Positions 8,771 to 21,172 of a stretch of DNA of 64,000 bases are shown here, one piece after another. The translations under genes and the position numbers were made by a program. Position 1 is the stretch's first letter, and the number at the start of each line of letters is the position of its first letter. This DNA comes from Eremomyces bilateralis CBS 781.70 (taxonomy: Eukaryota), in NCBI GenBank assembly GCA_010015585.1, contig ML975171.1; one strand, 5' to 3'. Below the pieces are notes generated by a model that was not told where the DNA came from, searched no databases, and saw only the letters and a list, made by a program, of their open reading frames with translations.

Positions 8771-9261
8771 GGTTTTCCCGTTCCAATAAAGACTATCTCT
8801 TGCTGCGCAGGAAGAGAGTTGACGACTCCTTATTGGCCAAGTTTCACTCAGAGGTGGAAAATGTTACGAAGGCGGCGAACCACTTCCGAACCGTAGAATT
8901 GAAGGTAAGCTGGCCGTCGCTGAACAGCATTATCACAGTAATGGAGATCGGCTCTGATCAATGGGACCAAAGAACGATCAGACGGCAGCTTCGCTGCATC
9001 CGGAACTGTGTTCTAGAAGCCATGAAGGAGTCGGGCCGTATGCGACATGAATTGGCGACACAAAGTAGCCGTAATGGTCCAGATGAAGAAAAGGACGAAG
9101 CGTCGCGGAAAGATCATCCAGACATTCAAGCCGATGTCAAGTCGTTCGATCAACTCTTAAAATAGGGGCAGAGTCCATTTCATGAGTACCGCCGACTCCT
9201 CGCGCTCGTCGGGCAGGACAGATATGCTGTTGCCTTAAAACAAGGCGTGTCTTGTCTCTGC

Positions 9262-10543
9262 CTAAAACGATGTCTGAACTTCCAGTAGACACCTTCCGAC
9301 TCCGCCAGCATCTTGTCCAAGATCAAAGTCGACAATTTCCCAAGCGACTCCACCGCCGTGGCCGATCTCCTGTCGAAACTCCTGCACTCCGCCTCCGACT
9401 CCAAAATAGACCTTCTTTGCAGCAATGATTGCTTTGCCCATTGATACTGGGCGCAGGGTATCCATCAGGACTGCAGAAAAGGTTTTTAGAGATGGGATGG
9501 AGTAGATCGTCTCTGACGCGACTACGAATGTGTTTAACTTGGCGGATGCGCCGTTAGTAGGGAAAAGAGACAGGAAAGGTGATGGAGGACACCAAGATCC
9601 CGATATAAGTGTCAAGTGAACTCCCGATTCCGATAGGTTCGCTAGGAACATTTCCTTCAGGGCCTCGGTAACGATGAGGTCTTCCGTCTGCCACTCTTCA
9701 TCTGGATCTGCATCGTTGAGGTTTGCTAGGGGATTCGGCTCACTCTCCGAGAACGGGTGTTCCGTTGCAGGGAGAGTGGAGCAGTATGTGAGGAATAGGT
9801 TTGGAAAAGAACAGGTGCGGAGGACGGAGGCGTTATAGTCGGTCAGGGTGAAGTACATCTGTAATGAGTTCACAAGAGCGTACTGGAACATAAGAAGGGT
9901 CGGGAGTGCCGTGCCACAGCCGAACTATCTGCTAGTTAATACTGAACTTTGCTTCTCACCTTCATACACTCATAAGGGCATTACCTCAATGATGTGATTC
10001 ACACGGCATAAATCGTCCAGATCTTTCCTAGGTCCTCGGTCTAGTAAATACTTGACGAGATCTATTGAACATTCCCAGCTCTTGAAACCGCCTTCGTAGA
10101 CATTTGTGGTGAGGTCCGAGTTGTCGAGCCCTTCGAGCGGCGCATTGGAGTCTCCCACATCTTCTGCCATCAACTGCATTCGGATATCAAACAGTTCTCT
10201 CCTAGGCAGCCGGATCCGGTGGCCCTGTGGAGACTCGATAGTGATGACATTATAAGATAACCTGGATGGGAGGCTCTCGACCTGATGGTGTTTCAGCAAA
10301 TGATTTTCGCTGGTCCAAAGTGTTTCAAGGCATGTAGTAAAAGCAATTGACTTTGCGGTAGAAAAGGTTGCATAAAAAGTTGGAAATACCTACAAGCTCC
10401 CTGATATCATGAGATTTGGGTGGCACCGACGGCTGGACCTCGCCCTCCGCCGTATCTATACTGCTCCCTTCCCCGGGTGTTTGAAGGTCATTTTCGTCGG
10501 CTTCAATATCATCTCCTCCAAATCCGAAGGCAAAGGACGACAT
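9262..10543 (-). CDS. HPM1: Histidine protein methyltransferase (Hpm1/METTL18-like), 3 exons
   Basis: MSSFAFGFGGDDI N-terminus, VYEGGFKSWECSIDL, spliced SAM motif I E|FGCGTALP, DYNASVL, ASETIYS, AAKKVYFGVGGG. Confidence 0.85.
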
Positions 10544-11197
10544 AGAGCAGATGTCCGGTATGGACTCCCAGTTCCCACCAAGGCCTCAACCTCGACGGTC
10601 AAATGCCAGGAATGGGGACTTTACACAAAAAGAGAACGAGATGTCAACTCAGAAATGGAAAGAAAGTACCGTAATACCCAGCTGACTTGCTCAGTTCGTC
10701 TACTCATATGAGAATTACAATATTACTTGGAGCCAACGGGATGTAAAACCTGAACATGGGGCAAAGCTGTGGACCATTTTTAGGTTCCGTTGGTAGGTGT
10801 ACCTCTAGAGTAATTAGTGCCAAACCCTGGGAACGTCACGAACAATTTTGGTCTACACACATTGGGCATTGTGCAACGAAACTGAGGATCTAGCCGTCAT
10901 TTGCTTTTCCCCTAATAGAATACTCAGTAATTATGTGCAATCAGGCTGTTGTGCTGCTGTGGTCCCCGGAGACGACGTCGGAGCCCCACTTAATCCCGAG
11001 AGACAGTCCGTGACAGTGAAGTTGGGGGAAATGGGGATCCGATAATGGGAAAGAAGGAGCTTCGGACAATAAAGATGGAATTAAACCGTAATATAAAATG
11101 ATAGATATCATGATGTTGGAATTAAGCATCCTATTTACAAAATTCCATACAACATCGGACATTATTCCTGAACCTCCTTGATTGCCCTGATATCAAC

Positions 11198-11854
11198 ATG
11201 GCTGGAAACATCACCTTCGACGGTATGTACGGCGCCAAGCCCCCAAGAAGCGCATACTCCTAACATTTCTTAGACTACCTCGGCCTCACCACCGCTCTCT
11301 TCGAATGGGCCGATTCCTACGACTCCAAAGACTGGGCCCGCCTCGCCAAATGCATCGCCCCAACCCTCCGGATCGACTACCGCTCCTTCCTCGACAAGAT
11401 ATGGGATGCGATGCCCGCGGACGAGTTCCTCGCCATGGCATCCGACCCGACCGTCCTCGGCGACCCGACGTTGAAGACCCAGCACTTCATCGGCGGCACG
11501 CGCTGGGAGAAAGTGTCTGAGGACGAGGTCATCGGCTACCATCAGCTGCGCGTCCCGCATCAGAAGTATACTGACGCGACACTGAAGGAGGTGGCGGTGA
11601 AGGGGCATGCGCATTCGACGAATATTCATTGGTATAAGAAGGTCGATGGCGTGTGGAAGTTCGCGGGCCTGAGTCCGGATATTCGATGGTTTGAGTATGA
11701 CTTTGAGAAGGTCTTTGCTGCCGGCCGCGAGGCGCATGGGGAGAAGAAGAATGAGGTCGTGTCGGCTGAGAAGACGGCGGCGGAGGTCGTGGTGAAGGAG
11801 ATTGGGGTGCCCGACCTTGCGAAGCAGGCCAGCGGCATTCCCGGGCAGGGATGA
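11198..11854 (+). CDS. SCD1: Scytalone dehydratase (DHN-melanin pathway)
   Basis: [76 protein letters not shown]; intron 11223-11273. Confidence 0.95.
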
Positions 11855-12205
11855 TTTCGTGACACCTTGGTCGGGGTGACTGGAGACATTCTGGAAGGCC
11901 TCATAGAGTGCAAGCATTGAAGCTAATGAGATCAATTGCCGTGGGCGACCAGATCAGCGCTTTCACTTTCAATATCTCTAAGGAACAGAAGGATATGGTC
12001 TCACAATCATCGAGCTCTCCTAGTTGCAGTAGCATAATATACATTTAAAAATTAAGGTCCAAGCATATATACATACGTTTGCTAAGTAACGCTTCCACCA
12101 ATGAGGTATTCATCGGCCCCAAGATTACGCCGTCCGCTTCCGCTTAAGAGTACTGAACGCCATCTGCCCGCTTCCAATATGATCAAACAAAAACCAAAGC
12201 CATCC

Positions 12206-13429
12206 TCAAGATGGCGTTCTCCAATTCTTGTACAGGCAACTACACAGGTTACCTCCATCGCCTGCACCAATCGACTGTGTTGCACCGTTCTCAATCCTCT
12301 CCCAGTTGTCGTCCCGATAGCAGTTAGGAATGCCCTCGCCTGCAGAAATGACTTCTTCGGCACGAATTGCATAGGGCCACAGATCATGCGCCGGATCTCC
12401 ATTCGTCGCCATCCGGTCATTAGGATAGTCTCTCGCCATCTTCGTGTATAGGAATCCGGTGAACGTAGTTGCGTTAAAGTAGCATGTCGCTCCAACGTTG
12501 TCGCCGGTCAAAGATGCCGTTGGTTTGACCATCTTGTCCGTGGTTACTTGGAAGCGATATCGCTCGGAGTCCTTGCCTTGGTCGAGGAGGGCCAAACGCG
12601 CATTCTGGAAATTCAAAGCAGCCAAAGAGTTGTCGGCACTAGAAATCACCCAATTTCCAGACGACGGTTCCGAGATCGTCCAGTTGAAGGTCGCGAGAGA
12701 TTGTTCGGGTGAAGTGTTGTAGATCGTATATGGGGGGCAGCGCCAGATGTCAGGATTTGAGGTGCAGTTCGTTTGGATCGTGTCTAGGAAGGTGGTCATG
12801 GAATATGTTCCCAGAGGAAAGTCCTTAGGCGGAGGGTTTGCTCCCGAAGTACCGGGTAGAGAAGTAGATGGATTCGAAGTGGACTGGTTTGGGTCTGGTA
12901 CATCTAGGCTGTTGAATGTGAGCGCAGGTTTGCAGTCGGTTGACGGGTAAACGAACCTCGGAGAGCTTCCTCTACTCAGTCCGACGCCTAGTCCGACAGC
13001 CAGAGCTATGATAATCAAGACGATTACCACTATGATGAGCAGGATGCGCTTCCGCCTCCCTCGATCTGAGAATAATCTTTTCCCTCTCAAGGTGGCCATG
13101 GGCCCTCGCTTCTCCTCCGGGACACTTCCCAGCTCGCTCCAGATACTGGTAGTATATAGACCCCTCAAACCACCACCATTTGAAAACGCCTTGTTTTCCA
13201 GGCTCTCCCTCGGCGGCTCCCCAAAGCCAAACGAGCTCCTCATCGGCGTGAAGATCGAGGTTCGATTCGAAAACCTTCCCGAGCTTCTTTTTGACGAGGT
13301 CTCTCCAGCATTAGAGGCACGATTATCCATGATGACAGAGAGGCGCTCCCCGGCTGGAGTAGATATCCGTTTTGCTGGCGATTCATCATCGTTGGGCAGC
13401 GAGAGTTGGACGCGCCCGTTCTCCGTCAT
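12206..13429 (-). CDS. Hypothetical type II single-pass membrane protein with a Cys-containing C-terminal domain
   Basis: 407-aa ORF with basic RRKR followed by the TM segment ILLIIVVIVLIIIALAVGLGVGL, and WRCPPY / CSCLYKNW motifs. Probable short in-frame intron near 12908-12955. Confidence 0.75.
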   Translation of the reverse strand: MTENGRVQLSLPNDDESPAKRISTPAGERLSVIMDNRASNAGETSSKRSSGRFSNRTSIFTPMRSSFGFGEPPRESLENKAFSNGGGLRGLYTTSIWSELGSVPEEKRGPMATLRGKRLFSDRGRRKRILLIIVVIVLIIIALAVGLGVGLSRGSSPRFVYPSTDCKPALTFNSLDVPDPNQSTSNPSTSLPGTSGANPPPKDFPLGTYSMTTFLDTIQTNCTSNPDIWRCPPYTIYNTSPEQSLATFNWTISEPSSGNWVISSADNSLAALNFQNARLALLDQGKDSERYRFQVTTDKMVKPTASLTGDNVGATCYFNATTFTGFLYTKMARDYPNDRMATNGDPAHDLWPYAIRAEEVISAGEGIPNCYRDDNWERIENGATQSIGAGDGGNLCSCLYKNWRTPS

Positions 13430-14318
13430 CTTGATCAGACGGCGGCGATCCTACGCCAAATTAACAGTCGCGAGACGTCGCTCTTGCGAGCATTCGGATT
13501 CGAGTCGGCCTGCGAGGGCGTGAAATGGAAGCTTCCCGCTTCTTGTGAGGGACCAGGACAACAGACAGGGTCGCAACTCGTGTCTTCGTGCCTCGTGGGG
13601 ATCTACGCAAGGGTTCAGGGATGGAAGCTGGTCGGTTCAAGCTGCAAGGAACCAGGCTCGACTGCGTCGCGTTATTCGGCTCTGAACATCGCATAAGTAT
13701 GGAACGAAGATCAATTGACATGCACAATGTAGAGCAAGAGTAGAATAAGGTTGCAAAGACTCAATGTACAACAATGACTCTTCAAGCACGGTGAAGAATT
13801 GAGAAACGGCAGCAATCGGGGCGCGTGCCCTAATGGGACGATGTGAATGAGCACCATTTGTCCGGTGGAGCAAGCAGCCGTCCTGCCAGGCAGCGCCATG
13901 AAAATATTGGACAGGGGCGAGGAGATCTATCCTCTACAAATCACAATTGTCATCAGGGGGTTCCACTTGGGGAGTTGGGGATCGCCATGGCGATCCAGTC
14001 TGAGGCTAGCCAAAGCGCCACGATGTTGTTCTAAGGTGAATCGAGCAATGAAACAAATTAATCATCAAGAATGAAGACAGACCAGTGATCACGTGTTGCT
14101 GCGACTCGTCAACAATTCACGGCCTGGCGCCCTGGCCTAGCAACAAGCTGACATAATGACATGCGATGCTGACCTCCTCGCTGTATTCCGTACCTTCAAG
14201 ATACTGGCATATCAAATCTATAAGGCACAATAATTTGACATCCAAGAAAAGAGCTTAGGAATGAGGCCTTCCCATGTGGCCTAAGTAATAAGACCCAATC
14301 AACCCCGAGGTCTGCAAC

Positions 14319-15528
14319 ATGTCCGACCTCGCCCGCTCCTTTGTGGCATCCAAGCTGGCCTCGCTCCCTCCCGAACCACCATTACCAGAAGACAAGGAGG
14401 AACGCGAAGATGACTCGTCGTCCGCCTCCTCGATGTCCTCAACCGGCACCGTGATCCCCTCCGGATCTCTGAAACCCGCCGCCCCGATCCAATGGTCCGA
14501 CTTCTTCGCCCAGGAGCTCTACCTCGAGCTTGAGAAGGACGGCGAGGTCGCCAAGTTCCACGTCTATCATACGCCGTCCACCGACCCCAGAGCGCCGCTT
14601 GTGGTGCTGCATCACGGCGCCGGGTCGTCAGCCTTGTCGTTCGCGCTGTTCACGCTCGAGCTCCAGAGGCTGCTCCCGAAAGCCGGGATTCTTGCGGTCG
14701 AGGCAAGGGAGCATGGCTCGGTGGTGCACGATGCGAGCGGAGCCGTGCAGAAAGACCTGTCGATTCAGACGTTGAGCGATGATCTGGTCGAGATGATTCA
14801 GTTGACCCAAGCGCGACTCAATTGGCCCACGTTGCCGGAGATATGGCTGGTCGGGCATAGTCTGGGAGGGGCGGTGGTCACGCATACGGCCAAGACCGGG
14901 CAGCTGGGCAACAAGCTCATGGGCTACGCGGTGCTGGATGTGGTCGAGGGGTCGGCGATGGAGACGATCAAGCATATGCAATCCTATCTCTCCTCCCGGC
15001 CGTCGATCTTCCCGACTATTTCGAGTGCGGTGGACTGGCATATCCGGTCGCGAACCCTGCGGAATCCGGAATCGGCACGGGTGTCGGTGCCATCGCTACT
15101 TATGCAAACATCCACGGGGAGGTGGACATGGCGGACGGACCTGACGGGCACGCAGACCTACTGGGAGAACTGGTTTGTCGGGATGAGCAGAAAGTTCTTG
15201 AGCGCTCGAGGGGCGAAATTACTACTGCTTGCCGGAACCGATCGGTTGGATAAGGAGTTGATGATTGGGCAGATGCAAGGTACGTGGATAGCGGTTGTCT
15301 CATTCAGCGTGTCATTGTTCTGGATACTGTATCCTCTGATACGTCAACTGAACCTTCGCAGGCAAATTCCAACTGCAAGTATTCCCCGCTGCCGGTCACT
15401 TCATTCAAGAAGATCTGCCCGAAAAGACCGCAGAGGTCATCGTCGAATTCATCAAACGGAACGACAGGAGTACTCTAGTTTTGCCCCCCAAGGTATCAGA
15501 CCTCCTCGCCCAAGGCAAGAAAGTCTGA
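14319..15528 (+). CDS. PPE1: Protein phosphatase 2A methylesterase 1
   Basis: HHGAGSSALSF, nucleophile GHSLGG, VLDVVEGSA, LLLAGTDRLDKELMIGQMQG|KFQLQVF..GHFIQED; intron ~15280-15361; stop at 15526-15528. Confidence 0.93.
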
Positions 15529-15681
15529 AGGACCCCCTTGTCCTGTTCTTGCTGTCGTATTGGAGCGAGATACCTAGCAGCAAATTGCGCCTATGCGCCC
15601 CCTTCGCTGAGGGTGCTCCCGAGTTCGTGATTTCCACCGGGATCATGGAGTTGCAAACATGCCAATCTTGCATGTGTATCT

Positions 15682-16648
15682 TCATCCCGGAGATCCAACG
15701 CTCAACGTCTCTCCATCCGCAGGTCCTGCATCGCCGCCATCAGCAGGACCCTTGTCCACTTTCCGGGTCCGCTTCCGCTTCTTCTTCTGCCCGGCCTCCT
15801 GGCTTTCCGCGTGGTCTGGAGCACCATTCGATTCTTGGCCCTGGGATTTGTTGCCGGACGGCTCACCTTCCGCTTGTCTAGGCTTGTCTGAGGTATGCGT
15901 CGGCTTCGTTCGCTTCTTGACGCTGAGTGGATTCGGTGCCTTCGGGCCCCTGTGCTTCTTCTTTACTGCTTTCACTTCATCGGGTTGGGAATCGTCCACG
16001 TCCTTTTCTGCGGCATTTGCCTCGTCGTCTATGGCCCGCTTCCGCTTCGCTGGGGACCCGAGAGTGCCTCGCGTCTTCAATCCTTCCAGGAACTTACTCC
16101 GCTCTTGGCCATGGCACTCCTTCACTGTAGCGGCCGACATGTCCTCCAGAATGAGCACACTTCGGTCGATAAAAAGTATTGGGATACCCGGGATCTGGCG
16201 CATCTGTATCCTCACTTCACGCTCCTGGCTGGCAATGATGTACCGGTGTTTGTTCGTCTTGTTATCTTTCGCGTCGACCACGGAGGATAGACACTCGAGG
16301 GTGGAAAGCGGTTCATCCAGCTCATGGTGACCGCAACGTCGTCGCTCGAATGTTTTCGCTTGGTCGATCAACTGGGAGTCCTTGGTCGCATAGAGGTGTC
16401 GCATGGAGCATTGGGTAATCACTAGAATAACGATCAGCATATGACGGTGTGGAGTAACGCATGAACATACTCGGCTTGACTTCTCCTTGCAATGTCCTCG
16501 TGATCGCCGGGAGAATATCCATCTTGCATTTGGCGGCATCTTGCACAAACTCGGCATCGACGATGACCTGGAACGGCTCTCGAAACCCGAAATGCAGCTT
16601 GTAAGAGTGCAATAGCTTGCGGTATGCCTTAGCCCGCTTTAGTCGCAT
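15682..16648 (-). CDS. UTP23: rRNA-processing PIN-domain protein Utp23
   Basis: MRLKRAKAYRKLL..FGFREPFQVIVD, ITQCSMRHLY, FERRRCGH, YIIASQ, C-terminal KGPKAPNPLSVKK-like motif; one intron. Confidence 0.9.
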
Positions 16649-17125
16649 CTTGTTAGATGTAATCAAGGCACCTAAAGCAGCAGAACACAGCTCCGACTTC
16701 CTGTATGAAATTGAAATTCAGCAGTCTGATTATTGATATGTTGCTGGGAAAAGAAAAATGCGGGAACAAGGCTACAAGGCTACAAGGCAGGTTTGGCGTG
16801 CACGAGCCACCCATATCACTATCCATGATCCACGCTAGGCCCAATATGGAATAATGGATGAGCTCATCCCTCATGGAATTTCTAGCCAATGACCAATGTA
16901 GCCATGTAGTTAGTATGATGGTCACTAAGTTAACTAGGAGTACTACTAGTAATGCAGGGTCTTGTCAAGGACTCAAGGTGTGACTTGCGGAGTTGCGGCA
17001 TTACTGATTCCTCTCCTCATCACTACTCTTCACATTAATATTCCTATTACTGACATTGGTTGCATCTGTTACCCGGCTTTGGCCGCTCCAAGCCAATCCG
17101 TGTAACCAGATCATGAGTTGTACCA

Positions 17126-20100
17126 ATGTCAGAATCACCAGTCCATAAACAAGGGGAGGATGGCACTTCCGCAAAGAGCTCCGCAGTCGGTCCTAGCGAT
17201 AATAAGGATTCTACTCCCGAAAGGTCGATACCATCTGGCGGTGCTATATCAGAGTCGAAGCCCGAGCTAGACGAGTTTGGCCTCCCTATTCGACCCAAAA
17301 AACCAAAACCCTCCCCGCCAGATTCCGACGAGGAGGATGCCTTTGAGGATGCTCCCGAAGCCCCCGGGCCGGACGAAGCTGGGAAGGGGCCTGAGACATC
17401 TCTGGACAAGATAGCTGAATCTGCAGCTGTACAGCCACAGGACTCGGAGGATAAGGGGAAGAACAAAGACATGGCCGAACCGGCCGCACAACCAATGAAA
17501 GAACCGGAAACCACGGATGAGGGCAAGAATAGCACCGCACAACCAATGAAGCAGCCGGAAGCAAAGGATGAGATCAAGAAGAATACTGCACAATGCTCAA
17601 GCGATGTGCCAGAAACCAGGCCAGATGGTCCACACAAGCGTAATCTATCCGAGTCCATCCAGATCGAAGTCGACGCCGCTCGAGCCCGGAATAACAGCAT
17701 CGCCAAATCCACCCATTCCAAATCCAACAGCGGCCAATTTGCGTCAGAATGGTCATACCAGCAAATGGTCACTCAAAACCAGAAGCCGGTGAAGGAGGAG
17801 GAGGAGGAGATGGATTGGGCGGAGATGCCAGCGTACGCTCCATTCGACATATACGACGATGATAACAAGCTCATTGCGCGGGAAAAGGAGGATTTGGACG
17901 AGGACGACGACCCCTATACTGGGTTGGGTGGCGCTGGTAGAGGATACACACGTGTGCAGCTGGACGAGGACGCTCAATCGGCCACTAGCATGGATGACAA
18001 CACTGCATACTTATTCAAAGACCAAGGCAAAGGCACAGCTCTGATGGATGAAGATGAAGATGTGAGGGATGCGATGTCACAGCTTCAGGCGACCAAGGAG
18101 CTCTTGACGGAAGGGCAGAAGATCGCGTATGTCAGCCTGGTCCGGTTGGCGATGGTAGACATGATCAAGGAAGTGGCAAGCCTGGAGAGAACGAGGAATT
18201 CGAAGAAGGCGGTGGACAAAGCGCACGACTCGATCACGAAATGGAGCCAGAAGATCAAGGTCCACCTCTATACGCATATGGAGATCACTGCCGAAGAACA
18301 ACTTATGATCGAGCAATTGGCGGAACACGGTGTCCAGCCGGGTGATCTAAGTCCTACGTTGATGCTCAATGCGAGGGTTAAGAACCCGGTCGGTGAAAAT
18401 GTCTCTTCTTCAGCCCGGAACTCGGTGGCCTTGTCCCGTCCCGCTTCCTCGACTACACTAGCTATAGAGGATCAAAGAACTCCTTCATTGGACAAGCTAG
18501 CACTTGAAAACGATCCCCCTACCGTTGGCACAGGTGCCGCTTCTTCGGGCCGAAATTCAACCGCTCTACCCCGTCCCGCCTCTCCGAGCAAGGAAGTCAT
18601 GGAGGTTCAAAGGACTCCTTCACCGGACAAGCTGGCACCAGAAAACACACCCCGACCCAGCGTTGGCTCAGATCGGCCACCATCCTACGATCCGCCACCA
18701 TCCTATGACGAGCATGGCGAAACACTTGAAGAAGCTGTTCGAACTCCCTCACAACTCCCTCAGACCAAGGTCATCGACATCGACATCCGGTGGACTGTCC
18801 TCTGTGACCTTTTCCTGGTTCTCATCTCCGACTCATCCTACGATGCCCGCTCCCGACAGCTGCTTGAAATCGTTGCGTCATACTTAGACGTTCCATGGCA
18901 GGACATCTGTCGCTTCGAGAAGCGGGTTACCGATGCCTTGGAAATGCAGGAGCAGACCGACAAGGAGAACTGGAATGAAGAAGACCACATGTCGAATAGA
19001 GAGAAACTCGCACGAAAACGACGGTATGTCATGATGGGACTGGCGACCGTTGGTGGCGGTCTGGTTATTGGACTATCGGCCGGTCTCCTCGCCCCTGTCA
19101 TCGGCGCTGGACTTGCAGCGGGTTTCACTACGATTGGCGTGGCGGGTACTAGTGGCTTCCTCGCCGGAGCGGGTGGTGCTGCCATTGTTACGACTACTGG
19201 TATCGTTACTGGGGGAAGCATAGGGCTCAGAGCATCAGATAAACGAACGGGGGCAGTGGAGACGTTCGAGTACAGGCCTCTCCACAACAACAAACGAGTC
19301 AATTTGATCGTCACAGTCTCTGGGTGGATGACTGGCAAAGTCGATGACGTTCGTCTTCCATTCAGTACCGTCGACCCGATCATGGGTGATATATACTCAG
19401 TGTTGTGGGAGCCGAAGATGCTGCAGAGTATGGGAGATACCATCAACATCTTAGCAACTGAGGTCAGTACACTACTTGCTCCCCTTAACCGCCTGCTAAA
19501 TTCGATGTAGGCTCTCACTCAGGGCCTCCAACAAGTGTTGGGAGCAACCATCCTCGTTGCTTTGATGTCCGCAATCCAACTGCCTATCATCCTAACGAAG
19601 CTGTCATACCTAATCGACAACCCTTGGACGAATTCCCTCGCACGAGCCGATGCGGCTGGACTCATTTTTGCGGACTCGCTAATCGATCGAAACTTGGGTG
19701 CCCGGCCCATTACTCTGGTTGGCTTCTCTCTCGGGTCCCGTCTGATTTTCACTGCCCTCAAGGAGCTGGCCAAAAAGGGCGCTTTCGGACTCGTGCAGAA
19801 CGTGTACCTCTTCGGATCGCCCGTGGTCGCGAAGAAAGATGAGTATATCAAGGCAAGGTCGGTCGTGACAGGGCGTTTCGTGAATGGTTATGTTGCAGGG
19901 GACTGGATTCTGGGTATGTTTCCGAAACGTTCGGATTTAACCCCTTCTGACCATTTTCGCTATAGGGTATCTCTTCCGCGCGACGGGAGGCGGTATTGCC
20001 CGAGTCGCAGGTTTAGCTCCTGTCGAGATACCTGGAATAGAAAACATTGACGCCGGCCCGTTCGTCAATGGCCACATGGCCTACCGACAGGCCATGCCTC

Positions 20101-20828
20101 GTCTATTGCGAGAAGTGGGCTGGAGTGTCGAAAGCGATGAATTCACCGAAATCGAAGACCCCGACCCCGAGAACCACTCAAAGCGCCAACGAGAGCTGAT
20201 CAATGAAATCGAGGAGGCTCGGAAAGAGCTCGAGAAGAAGCCGGAAAAGAAGCGGTTCGGGCTCTTCAAGTCAAAGAAAATGGCGGAGAAGAAAGAGTGG
20301 GAAGTCTACGATGAGAAGACGAAGCCGGGCGGCGAAGAGAGCAACAGTGGCATTCTGTTCGATGTCGACGCCATCCGGAAGGAGGCTGCTGAATTGGCGG
20401 TCCAGGGCATGCAGGTCAAACAGCTAGAATCCACGCTGCCGCCGATGCAGTTAGATATAGCGGATATCACCCCTCGCGAGCTGGAGTCGACCTTGCCGCC
20501 GATGAAGCTGGACTTACATCCACCGCTCGACAGGACCCAGTCGACGCCCGCAGTCCTCCCCCAGGATTCCAAGAAGATGCCGGCAGATGATGGGCCAGAG
20601 AAGAGCGGTGCAGCGCCGCCTTTGGCGCGCAGTGTGACTCTGGATCCGGCATCGTCGAATGCCGGGGCTGGTTCGGCGAGTCAGGATCATTCACCGTCGA
20701 ATTTGCAGGCTAATGGTTCGCCTAACTCCCGGACGCTGCAGCCGCCTGTTCCTATCGACCTCGGGCATAATGTGTGGGACAACGATGAGTTTGGCGGCGA
20801 GCGAGAAGTCAAAATGACTTTCGAGTAA
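17126..20828 (+). CDS. DUF726 family membrane protein (TMCO4 / yeast Mil1-like)
   Basis: DIRWTVLCDLFLVLISDSSYDARSR, GLATVGGGLVIGLSAGLLAP, WEPKML, IDNPW, RPITLVGFSLG; introns ~19463-19510 and ~19914-19964. Confidence 0.88.
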
Positions 20829-21172
20829 TACACCTCCATTCAGAGGGCTATTGTCCGTTTTTGTTACATCATCTAGGGTGGTGGGTTCACGGCATTGGTT
20901 GGAGTTCCTCTATTATTAGTTTCAGCGACGTTGATTCGGATGACATCCGACGAGCGCCTTACTAGAGTGCTGTGGAGTTCATATGGGGTTCAATTCTCGT
21001 CATCCGAAAGCCATAGGGATGGATGCATGGATGCTTCTACGGAGCGGCTAATGGAGTACCTTGGATTCTAGAATCATCGCGGGAGTCCAACATCGGACTC
21101 CGCAGGTTGCGATGTCGCCATGGGGCATCACTCTTTGTATGGTAGACTCACACGAGCCTCAAATGCGATACA

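Noticed and set aside
15280..15881. Apparent long C-terminal extension of PPE1 (520-aa ORF)
   Set aside because: This is read-through of the intron; splicing restores GKFQLQVF and a stop at 15528.
16856..16869. Palindrome GGATGAGCTCATCC as a PAC-like element upstream of UTP23
   Set aside because: Only the GATGAG core is present; too short to support without conservation data.
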